Below are positions 1 to 7,831 of a DNA stretch of 31,057 nt, in pieces (the first letter of the stretch is position 1; the number at the start of each line of letters is the position of its first letter). The translations under genes were made by a program, and so were the position numbers. This DNA comes from Gemmatimonadota bacterium. Its GTDB lineage: Bacteria; Pseudomonadota; Gammaproteobacteria; Eutrophobiales; Eutrophobiaceae. Below the pieces are notes generated by a model. It worked only from the letters and a program-made list of their open reading frames with translations. It ran no database searches and was not told the origin of the DNA. Location: the NCBI GenBank assembly GCA_049189775.1, contig JAIVVP010000001.1, forward strand, positions 1 through 31,057. Reading direction: 5' to 3'.

Positions 1-516
1 TATTGCTGTTTTCGCGTGTGGTATGAGCTTCTTGAATTGATTAATCTGGTAATAAGCACTTGCCGCCAGCAGGTGTGCATCTGATGAAGGGTTTGCTTCC
101 TTCTCGAACCATTTATCGAGATAACTCAAACCTTCTGCATATTTTTCCGAGTGAATATATAACTGGGCGATTATGTATGTAAGCTCATGCCTTACCTTGT
201 CAGGCAGGGCACTTGTACTGACTGATTTCACAAACGATTCTATAGAGCGCTTGTAATCTTCCTGTGCATTATAGGCATAGCCGAGTGTCTGATTAATCAC
301 TGCTTTGTCATAGGCCTTTATTTCTTCTTTGTTTATATACAAATTAAGTTTTTGAACCGTGATGTGATAATTATTTTCATCCATTGCCACTCTTGCAACA
401 TTGAGCAGGTCATAGGTCTTTTTAGAAAGCAGGTATCGTGTATCTTCCTCTTTGGCCTGAACCAGACAGGTGATACAGAGAAATATGAAAATCAGGAATG
501 GGCGCGATCTGTTCAT
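1..516 (-). CDS. Exported TPR-repeat protein of the TonB operon (C-terminus truncated by window edge)
   Basis: Hand translation from ATG at 516 is open to position 1: MNRSRPFLIFIFLCITCLVQAKEEDTRYLLSKKTYDLL...AVINQTLGYAYNAQEDYKRSIESF...LTYIIAQLYIHSEKYAEGLSYLDKW. Signal peptide plus TPR-like helices; starts 5 nt after the tonB stop. Not in the ORF track. Confidence 0.85.
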   Translation of the reverse strand, partial: MNRSRPFLIFIFLCITCLVQAKEEDTRYLLSKKTYDLLNVARVAMDENNYHITVQKLNLYINKEEIKAYDKAVINQTLGYAYNAQEDYKRSIESFVKSVSTSALPDKVRHELTYIIAQLYIHSEKYAEGLSYLDKWFEKEANPSSDAHLLAASAYYQINQFKKLIPHAKTAI

Positions 517-521
517 TATTT

Positions 522-1214
522 TTATTTCTGCAGTCTAAAATGAATATCCTGTCGAGCACGTTTCTCAACGGTCTTGCCATCAACAGTTTCTGGATTAAAT
601 TTCCATTTTTTGATTGCTTTTAGCACTGAACGATCAAATATCTTTGGTGGATCTGATTTTATAATTTTTGGATCTTTGACTGAACCATCAACAGCAATTG
701 TAAATTCAACGGTTACCACACCCTCGACACCTGAACGAAGTGCTCTGGGTGGATAAGATGGTTTGGTTTTCAGTGTCGGAACCAGGTTTGTCGCGATAAC
801 CGGAGCAGAAGGGGCTGCCGGTTTCGGTGTGGCTGATTTCAGGAAATCCCCAATATAAGGCAGGCCATGAATAGACAGGGGGACATTGATATCAGGTGTT
901 GGTAAATCTACCTGTTTTTTCACTGGTTTCTGAATGTCAGGTTGTGGAAGATCGGGTGGTGGTAATTTTTCTTCCTCCTTAGGTAGTTCCTGTTTTTTTT
1001 CTTCAATCTTGCGTTCTTCTATTTTCGCTTTCTCTCTGAAATGAATAAAATCAAGAAAATTGGTAGAATCAATCTTGTTTAGTGGTTTATGTTCATGGGA
1101 AACCATTTGCAGAATAAGAAAAAAAATCAGGGCATTGACTGCACATGCAGTAATGAATATCAGTGGTAGTTTACTACTGAATAATTTATTTCTTGCTAGC
1201 AGAAATTGCGACAT
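522..1214 (-). CDS. tonB: Energy transducer TonB
   Basis: N-terminal TM helix, charged Pro-rich linker, C-terminal domain with PSYPPRALRSGVEGVVTVEFTI and KWKFNP. Confidence 0.95.
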   Translation of the reverse strand: MSQFLLARNKLFSSKLPLIFITACAVNALIFFLILQMVSHEHKPLNKIDSTNFLDFIHFREKAKIEERKIEEKKQELPKEEEKLPPPDLPQPDIQKPVKKQVDLPTPDINVPLSIHGLPYIGDFLKSATPKPAAPSAPVIATNLVPTLKTKPSYPPRALRSGVEGVVTVEFTIAVDGSVKDPKIIKSDPPKIFDRSVLKAIKKWKFNPETVDGKTVEKRARQDIHFRLQK

Positions 1215-1590
1215 TACTCACACCTGATAACCTGACTTGATCCAGTACGCTGACTGTAGTGCCGGTCAGTGCATTTTTATCTGCCATAATAATGACAGTA
1301 CCTTCCGGGTTTTGTGCATGTAATTGTTCGATATGTGCACGTATTGAACGAATATCTACATGTTTATTATCGATCCATATTTCGCCTTCTTTGTTTATCG
1401 CAATGATCAGACTTGCCTGTTCCTGGCGGATAGTGGTTTGTGCAGTAGGTCTGTCAACTTCAATGCCTGATTCTTTGGTAAACGAGGCTGTGACCATGAA
1501 AAAGATCAGTAAAATAAACACCACATCAATTAATGGTGTCAGGTTTACATTTGCTGCTGTAGTTTCCTGTTCTGTGTGGCTGTGACGCAT
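1186..1590 (-). CDS. exbD: Biopolymer transporter ExbD
   Basis: NLTPLIDVVFILLIFFMV TM motif with the conserved Asp; IIMADKNA periplasmic motif. Confidence 0.95.
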   Translation of the reverse strand: MRHSHTEQETTAANVNLTPLIDVVFILLIFFMVTASFTKESGIEVDRPTAQTTIRQEQASLIIAINKEGEIWIDNKHVDIRSIRAHIEQLHAQNPEGTVIIMADKNALTGTTVSVLDQVRLSGVSNVAISASKK

Positions 1591-1595
1591 GTGAT

Positions 1596-2108
1596 TTAGA
1601 ATTCAAGTAAGTCTTGTGCTTTTTCAGCTTGTAATTTGGCACGTCTATCCAGATCGGAACTGAAATATAAACCGGCCATAGCAGTTACCAGGCCTGCTGT
1701 TGTCGGTAACAGGGCACGTGAAATGCCTGATGCCATGCCGCGAGTATTTCCGGTACCGAAGATATTTAACACATCAAAAATAGTGATCATGCCTGTTACC
1801 GTTCCAAGCAGTCCTAAAAGTGGAAGTATGGAAGTAAATGTCTGAATAGGGATCAGGTATTGTTTCAGGGTAATGGAAATATCAGCAAGTAGGCCGTCTC
1901 TGATACGTAACGCATGCCATGATGAATGATCTGTCCTGTTGGACCATTGTGTAATGATGCTTGACAGTTTTTCTGGATAGACGACGAAATAGTAGTAATA
2001 ACGTTCAATGATCAATAACCATAAAAATATAGATGTGATTAATATGACAACCAGAACCGGGCCACCGCTCTCAAAAAATTCTATAAATTGTTCTATTAAA
2101 TCGCTCAT
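1596..2108 (-). CDS. exbB: MotA/TolQ/ExbB proton channel protein (short ExbB)
   Basis: PLLGLLGTVTGMI and GISRALLPTTAGL motifs; directly upstream of exbD. Confidence 0.92.
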   Translation of the reverse strand: MSDLIEQFIEFFESGGPVLVVILITSIFLWLLIIERYYYYFVVYPEKLSSIITQWSNRTDHSSWHALRIRDGLLADISITLKQYLIPIQTFTSILPLLGLLGTVTGMITIFDVLNIFGTGNTRGMASGISRALLPTTAGLVTAMAGLYFSSDLDRRAKLQAEKAQDLLEF

Positions 2109-3460
2109 TGTCTATGTGACTCAGAAAGTTGTGCAACAAATGCAGCGCTCTTTTCATCAAGAATATGGATTAAACGATTACTCTTTGTTGACAGGAAACT
2201 GTGTAGAAGTAGTAAAGGTATCGCCGCAACCAGCCCCATAACTGTCGTTACCAGTGCCTGGGAAATTCCTCCTGACATGACTCGGGGATCACCCGTGCCA
2301 AACAATGTGATTGCCTGGAAGGTATCGATAATACCAGTCACCGTCCCCAATAGACCTAGCAAAGGAGCAATTGCTGCCAGAAGAGCCAGTGTGCCCAGAC
2401 CACGTCGTAATGGAGGCAGCTCTTTGAGGATAGCTTCGTCAAGTTTTAGACCAAGTGTATCCGAATCGATATCTGGATTATCCATGAAAATCTTCATGAT
2501 GCGGCCAAGTGGATTTTCACCTGGCTGTTTGTCCTGCATTTGCGAGACGACCTTACGATCAATAACAGACAAAACATAAAAACGTTCCAGGGCGATTATC
2601 ACACCAACCAATGCCAGGAAAATGATTATCATACCGACGATACCGCCTTGTTTGATGCGTGTAGTCAAATCAGGCACCTGCACCAGCAGGGCAAGCATTG
2701 CTCCTCTGGTAGGGTCGAGTGGAAAAGGCATGAGGCCTGACTGAGATTGTTCAAGGCCAATAGCCATTGACTGAAAGCGATGGGAGGGTTGCCTTGCTGG
2801 CTCAACGAGTTTTTCCGAGTCGGGTAAGTATCTCAGGAAACGGCCATTAGAAATTGCGCTGAAGGTACCAATACGTGTGACCTGTTGATTTACTTCCTCA
2901 CCATTACTATTAATAAATCCGGTGTTGAAACGAACCACTTTTCCGGATTCTACTATTTCATCCAGAACCAGGAGCCAGAGTTGTTCAAGTTCCCAGATTT
3001 CAGGTAACTTTTTACTGGATGCCAATGCGTCAGTGATCTCATCTCGACCGGGTTTTTGCGCTGATACAAAAGAGTTATCAATGACGGAGTCAATATCTCC
3101 TGCAATTTGTCTGACAACACCATGCAATTCTGCCAGTGAACCTGAGCGACTTTCGAGCATATCAGTTTGTTTGGCAATTTGATTTTCATATAGGCTGTAC
3201 GTACGTCTGAGGTTGGTCCCGCGTTTCTCTTCTTTATTAAGGATGGCAAGAGCTTCTTTTAATAATTGTTCCTGTTCTTCTTTTGCCTGTTTGAAAATTT
3301 CTTCGCGTTCGATATTTGCTTTCTTTTCCAGGGTGTTCTCTTGACGAACTTTTTCCAGAAGTTCATCCAGAGTTCTGGATGGCTCTGCGTTGACCACAGA
3401 AGAAATAGACAAGGAGATTAAACATATGATTATGTTTTGTAATTGATTTCTTCTGCTCAT
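2105..3460 (-). CDS. Long MotA/TolQ/ExbB-family protein with periplasmic coiled coil (TtpC-like)
   Basis: Signal peptide, coiled-coil region, C-terminal APLLGLLGTVTGII / GGISQALVTTVMGL channel motifs; 4-bp overlaps with both neighbours. Confidence 0.9.
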   Translation of the reverse strand: MSRRNQLQNIIICLISLSISSVVNAEPSRTLDELLEKVRQENTLEKKANIEREEIFKQAKEEQEQLLKEALAILNKEEKRGTNLRRTYSLYENQIAKQTDMLESRSGSLAELHGVVRQIAGDIDSVIDNSFVSAQKPGRDEITDALASSKKLPEIWELEQLWLLVLDEIVESGKVVRFNTGFINSNGEEVNQQVTRIGTFSAISNGRFLRYLPDSEKLVEPARQPSHRFQSMAIGLEQSQSGLMPFPLDPTRGAMLALLVQVPDLTTRIKQGGIVGMIIIFLALVGVIIALERFYVLSVIDRKVVSQMQDKQPGENPLGRIMKIFMDNPDIDSDTLGLKLDEAILKELPPLRRGLGTLALLAAIAPLLGLLGTVTGIIDTFQAITLFGTGDPRVMSGGISQALVTTVMGLVAAIPLLLLHSFLSTKSNRLIHILDEKSAAFVAQLSESHRQ

Positions 3461-4263
3461 TTGATTTCTTCCCTGGTGTTTCCTTCCACGGTGTTTTCTT
3501 CCAGGATAATTTCTTCTGGCGCAGTGACAGGAAGTTTTATCAAATCAGGTGGCGCTTGTTTCTTGGCTATCAGAATTCCCTGGGCAATCGAGCGATTGTA
3601 GTCATCAGTCAAAGGGTTCCATTGTTTTTCCTGTTTATCCCAGTAGCCACTTTCTTTGCCATCGAGTGTTTGATAAAAAATAGACAGCCTCCCTATGCGC
3701 AGGATTTCTACAGTAGTGGGAGTATCGTTGCTTGTTATTGTCTCAGTCATGGTATCTATGGTCCGACCATATTCCATTTCTATCTGGTAGGCTTCCATGA
3801 TGCGACGATATTTGTCAGGCAGGGAAACATCGGGCCTGTCCATCATGGTTTTAATTAAATCTATCCTGGCCAATCGCTCTTCCTGAAGGAATGGCGCATC
3901 AAGTGAAATGAATTCTTCCAGGACTTCAATCATTCTTAATAGTAGCGGTACTATGTTCTGTCTGGTTTCTGCAATACTGTTTATTTGAGCAGAAAGTGAG
4001 TCGGTAGTTTCCAGTTGTTTGGCCGTTAATTTAGCCAACTGATTATTGTAAGTCTTCAAACTATCTATCTTGCGAAGCGTGCTTCGATACTGATGTAACA
4101 TATCCCTGGTATCATCAGCATACTCGTCTATGTTCTGTTGCGACTTTATAGATTGTGTGTTTGTCTCAAGAGTTTCTTCGACAGCTGTTTTTAACTTGTT
4201 TTCAGCAAAGCTAATGTTTGATGAAAACAGTATCAGGAAAAATGATAGTTGGGCAAATTTCAT
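3457..4263 (-). CDS. DUF3450-like periplasmic coiled-coil protein, first gene of the TonB operon
   Basis: Signal peptide, coiled coil, PFLQEERLAR, YRRIMEAYQIEMEYGR and LRIGRLSIFY motifs recalled for DUF3450. Confidence 0.85.
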   Translation of the reverse strand: MKFAQLSFFLILFSSNISFAENKLKTAVEETLETNTQSIKSQQNIDEYADDTRDMLHQYRSTLRKIDSLKTYNNQLAKLTAKQLETTDSLSAQINSIAETRQNIVPLLLRMIEVLEEFISLDAPFLQEERLARIDLIKTMMDRPDVSLPDKYRRIMEAYQIEMEYGRTIDTMTETITSNDTPTTVEILRIGRLSIFYQTLDGKESGYWDKQEKQWNPLTDDYNRSIAQGILIAKKQAPPDLIKLPVTAPEEIILEENTVEGNTREEIK

Positions 4264-4454
4264 GTGTTTTATAAGGAAAATATCCTAAGCCTTCTTAATC
4301 GTTAATAATTGTATAATCATATCTGTACTGGCATATATTATGCAATCGAATATTATTGTTACAAATAGTTTTTTATCAGATTGACGATGCAGAGTTTTAA
4401 TACATTCATATTTCTTAATTACATGACAACCGAGGTCGAACTGATCACGAGATA

Positions 4455-4721
4455 TATACCCAAACTACTTGGAAATGTAGGTTTCAGCAAGACGATGAAG
4501 CAACTATATTCGAGGCATAGAGCCGCAGGACTAGTCATTCTAGTCCAAGGGTTTATAACGAAGAAGATGGTTGCTTCTCGTCTTGCCCTACGGGAGCTCA
4601 GGTAGAAATCCAGTGCCGCGTTACAACTCTTATGAAGGACTAGTCATTCATCGCGAGCTGCGCCTTGCTCTGACTTCCTATCTAAACTCTGAAGCCTGCA
4701 TTTCCAAGCAGTTTGGGTATA
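4455..4721. mobile_element. ERIC/IRU-like miniature inverted-repeat element (267 bp)
   Basis: 33-bp terminal inverted repeats 4455-4487 and 4689-4721 (30/33 match) with TATACCC...GGGTATA ends. Internal stem 4487-4507/4567-4586 and a 14-bp direct repeat AGGACTAGTCATTC at 4527 and 4636. A related terminus lies at 18470-18515. Confidence 0.75.
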
Positions 4722-4725
4722 GACA

Positions 4726-6057
4726 ATGAGTCTGCGTTTTCGATTGAATATGCTGATTACCCTGTTGTTTGCGTTAATTCTGCTCGCAGCCAGTTTTTAC
4801 GTGATAAACAATGCCAGAACGTCGGTAAAAGAGGAGATGCAGTCCGTATCGAAACTAACATTGCAATTAATTGAAATTGCCTTGATGAGTAATAGTGGCA
4901 GTAGCACATATGAAATCCAGCAAAGTGTGTTGGAAAACATTGCCAATCTGGAAAGTACGCGTCATCTTGAGATTGAATTATATAAAACCGGAAATACAGG
5001 TAGCAGGGTACCGGTAAGAATCATTCCGACAATCAATGCACAAGCTCCTGACTGGTTTGTACGAATGGTGAAGCCACAGCCCGTGGAATACAGGCGTGTA
5101 TTCAGAGAATCGTTAACAGCCTATACAGAGATACTTATCAGGGCCAATCCCTCAGACGAAATAACTGAGGTCTGGAATGAAACCAAGGGTGTTCTTGGAC
5201 TGCTGGTTTTATTTGCTGTGTTGGCAAATATTCTGGTTTATATCAGTTTAGGTCGCGGCCTTGCGCCGATTGAATCAATACTGAAGGGTCTGGATGGGAT
5301 TGAGCAAGGCGAATATCAACGCCGTTTGCCCAGATTTAAGTATCCTGAATTCTCCAGAATTTCTGAAAAATTTAATAATATGGCAGAGGTTCTACAAACA
5401 AGCAGAGATGAAAACAGGTTGTTAACACAAAAATCCCTCGCCATTCAGGAGGACGAGAGGAGAATACTGGCACAGGAATTACATGATGAGTTTGGTCAAT
5501 CAATTACGGCGATTAAGGCAGTGCTTGCATCCATAGAGCAAACGAAACATCAGGATAGTGAAATGCTCAAAAGTAGTGCCAGGACAATTGGAACATTTTC
5601 TGATCGAATGTATGAAGTGGCGCGTAGAATGATGCGACAACTACGGCCGGCAATACTTGATGAATTTGGGCTGATCTCGGCACTGCAGGACATGATTGAT
5701 GACTGGAATTCAAGACATGAAGATGTGTTCTGTAGCTTTGAATTTAACGGTAAATTTGATGAACTCGGAGAAGAAGTTAACATCAGCATTTACAGGGTCA
5801 TTCAGGAGAGTCTTACGAATATTATTAAACATGCTCAAGCAACCGATGTTACAGTTTGTCTGCAGCGTGTAAAAAATGATCCAGCATATACGTTCGGGGT
5901 AAAATTGCTGATTAAGGATAATGGTATAGGCTTTGATGAAACAAATCATCGAGGTCTGGGTTTGTTGGGTATGCGAGAGCGCGTAGAGGCTTTAAAAGGT
6001 TCTTTTGCAATGAAATCAGCCACTAATGAAGGTGTTGAAATTTTAGTTTCTCTCTAG
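4726..6057 (+). CDS. HAMP + HisKA_3 sensor histidine kinase, MoxY/MxcQ-like
   Basis: Two TM helices around a periplasmic domain, HAMP, ELHDEFGQ phospho-His box, QESLTNIIKHA, DNGIGF and GLGLLGMRER ATPase boxes. Resemblance to MoxY/MxcQ is from recalled family features. Confidence 0.9.
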   Translation: MSLRFRLNMLITLLFALILLAASFYVINNARTSVKEEMQSVSKLTLQLIEIALMSNSGSSTYEIQQSVLENIANLESTRHLEIELYKTGNTGSRVPVRIIPTINAQAPDWFVRMVKPQPVEYRRVFRESLTAYTEILIRANPSDEITEVWNETKGVLGLLVLFAVLANILVYISLGRGLAPIESILKGLDGIEQGEYQRRLPRFKYPEFSRISEKFNNMAEVLQTSRDENRLLTQKSLAIQEDERRILAQELHDEFGQSITAIKAVLASIEQTKHQDSEMLKSSARTIGTFSDRMYEVARRMMRQLRPAILDEFGLISALQDMIDDWNSRHEDVFCSFEFNGKFDELGEEVNISIYRVIQESLTNIIKHAQATDVTVCLQRVKNDPAYTFGVKLLIKDNGIGFDETNHRGLGLLGMRERVEALKGSFAMKSATNEGVEILVSL

Positions 6058-6090
6058 GGTGTAGCAAGGCAGAAATTACAGGAAAAAACT

Positions 6091-6753
6091 ATGGCAAGTA
6101 CAAATTCAGGCACATCAAATAAAATCAGGGTATTACTTGTTGATGATCATGCCGTTGTTCGTGCTGGCTACCAGATGTTGTTACAAAACACAGACGACAT
6201 AGAAGTTGTTTCCGAGGCAGAATCAGGCGAACAGGCCTGTAAGCATTATGTAGATACAAACCCTGATGTCGTGGTCATGGATCTTTCCATGCCAGGTATA
6301 GGGGGCCTGGAGGCAATTCGAAGAATTATCGCCAGAGACGCAGATGCCAAAGTTCTGGTGTTCAGCATGCATGAAAGTACCATCTTTGTTGAGCAAGCAC
6401 TGCAGGCAGGGGCGCGTGGTTATATTACCAAGAGCAGTGCGCCGGAGGCATTGATAGATGCAATCAGGGAGTTAGCTGCGGGGAAATCGCACATAGATTC
6501 AGAAATAGCCCAGCAGTTGGCCTTCAAAAAAGCAAAAGGTGAGGACACACCATTTTCTGATTTATCAACACGAGAGTTCGAGATATTTTGTCTATTGGCT
6601 GAAGGCCTGAATACCAGTGAAATTTCAAAGCGGCTTTCATTAAGTTATAAAACGGTTGCAAATTACAGCACGCAAATTAAATCAAAACTTAATGCGTCGA
6701 CTGTCGCTGAAATTGCACGTCTGGCGATACGTTATAAGATTGTAGAGGCTTAA
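6091..6753 (+). CDS. NarL/LuxR-family response regulator (MxaB/MxcE-like)
   Basis: LLVDDHAVVR, VMDLSMPG receiver, LSTREFEIFCLLAEG...LSLSYKTV LuxR HTH. Confidence 0.95.
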   Translation: MASTNSGTSNKIRVLLVDDHAVVRAGYQMLLQNTDDIEVVSEAESGEQACKHYVDTNPDVVVMDLSMPGIGGLEAIRRIIARDADAKVLVFSMHESTIFVEQALQAGARGYITKSSAPEALIDAIRELAAGKSHIDSEIAQQLAFKKAKGEDTPFSDLSTREFEIFCLLAEGLNTSEISKRLSLSYKTVANYSTQIKSKLNASTVAEIARLAIRYKIVEA

Positions 6754-6802
6754 ATAGAACCGTAGGCAATCTCAAACGCCGCTGGAAAACCTGTTCCATA
6801 CG

Positions 6803-7071
6803 TTTTCTACCGCCTACCTCCTTGTAGGCGTCTTACGCATCCATGCGTCCGCTGCACGACCGCCATGGATGGCGGAAGTGTCGAAAATGCATCGCTACAG
6901 GGATGTAGTTTAGTAGAGCAATGCAGGAGCTAATTGCCGAGGAGCAATTTTCGACTACAGTACATCCTGTACATCGCCGTTCTCGCACATCCTTCGACTC
7001 TGTCTCCTGATTCGTTCTACCTCCTGCATCCCTGCAGTCGTGTGCTTCACGGCATAAGGCCATCCGTGGCC
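6803..7071. repeat. Composite palindromic array of short hairpins with CANGGA(T/G)G-type loops
   Basis: Hairpins at 6811-6830, 6835-6848, 6860-6875, 6895-6908, 6918-6949, 6960-6972, 7024-7037 and 7058-7071. The module ACG(A)C-[hairpin]-G..GT(A)GAA recurs in alternating orientation. Confidence 0.8.
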
Positions 7072-7101
7072 AAAAAAAAAGGACCGCGAGGTCCTTTTTT
7101 T
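7072..7101. terminator. Bidirectional intrinsic terminator between the response regulator and pqqA
   Basis: A9-GGACC-GCGA-GGTCC-T7; 20 nt beyond the pqqA stop on the minus strand. Confidence 0.9.
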
Positions 7102-7121
7102 AACAACTTAAATAATTAAAA

Positions 7122-7196
7122 TTATTTGTTGTTGATGTACATTGTTACTTCAAAACCGAAACGAATGTCGCTGTATTCTGGTGTATCCCATTTCAT
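7122..7196 (-). CDS. pqqA: Pyrroloquinoline quinone precursor peptide PqqA (24 aa)
   Basis: Hand translation MKWDTPEYSDIRFGFEVTMYINNK*, with the W-x-x-P leader and E-x-x-x-Y core (EVTMY). SD GAGGA 8 nt upstream; own terminator. Below the ORF-track cutoff. Confidence 0.95.
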   Translation of the reverse strand: MKWDTPEYSDIRFGFEVTMYINNK

Positions 7197-7255
7197 GATA
7201 TTAATCCTCATATTTCTAGTTAATGTTAAATTTAAAATTCCTGCACCTTTTATAG

Positions 7256-7271
7256 TGCAGAGTCTGTGCCA
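7256..7271 (-). promoter_or_regulatory. Putative sigma54 (-24/-12) promoter of pqqA
   Basis: Minus strand TGGCACAGACTCTGCA: GG-N10-GC with a full TGGCAC box, about 60 nt upstream of the ATG. Confidence 0.6.
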
Positions 7272-7417
7272 CTATTATAGATTTCACGAGAAAATCTGAT
7301 AATTCCTATTTATAACAATGAGTTATATTAATTCTGTTAGAACGTAAGAACTCAATCATTTTGGTTAATATCTTAGAATTGGTCTAAATTAACCAGTATA
7401 TTGGTTCTTATCCACCA

Positions 7418-7831
7418 TCATTGAACCCTAATCTTGTTATATTTTTCATCTTTGGTCAGATCAGTTGGTGCCACAATGTGCACGACCTGTAGACATTGGC
7501 TTTTGGCTGCATCTCCAAACTCCGTAAGTTGTTTCGAAAATTTCTTTCCGGATTTGTTGTCCCTGAAAACACCACCTTTTTCACCTGTCATCTTTTTATT
7601 CCGGTCGTAGGTTACGGCATAACCATAAATTTCAAATGGCATAGCTTCTGCAATTGAATCGATCCGGCATGAACATGTTTGTAAGTCATCCATAGAATTT
7701 CTACCTATGTCATGCAGGCAATTAAGTACATATTCAACCCGGTCACGCGTTGGGAAGTCATTCGCATCAGCGAATGTTGAAATACATAGTAATAGTATGA
7801 AGGGAACAACTTTAAGTACATTTACAGGCAT
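7418..7831 (-). CDS. Exported Cys-containing hypothetical protein (DFPTxxRVEYV family)
   Basis: Signal peptide ending ADA, four Cys in the mature part including TCSC, SD GAGGA. From memory this family occurs near PQQ alcohol dehydrogenase clusters (unverified). Confidence 0.85.
   Translation of the reverse strand: MPVNVLKVVPFILLLCISTFADANDFPTRDRVEYVLNCLHDIGRNSMDDLQTCSCRIDSIAEAMPFEIYGYAVTYDRNKKMTGEKGGVFRDNKSGKKFSKQLTEFGDAAKSQCLQVVHIVAPTDLTKDEKYNKIRVQ

Noticed and set aside
4300-4370. Fur box upstream of the TonB operon
   Set aside because: Only partial matches (ATAATCAT) in very AT-rich DNA; no convincing 19-bp site.
4381-4605. 74-aa ORF across the ERIC-like element
   Set aside because: TTG start, no SD, runs through the inverted repeat, no recognizable motif.
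6803-7071. CRISPR array interpretation of the hairpin cluster
   Set aside because: Units are not identical, spacing is irregular, orientation alternates, and no cas genes are present.
6833-7119. ORFs 6833-7063 (-) and 6934-7119 (+)
   Set aside because: They lie within the palindromic array and terminator, have no SD, and look like translation products of repeat DNA.
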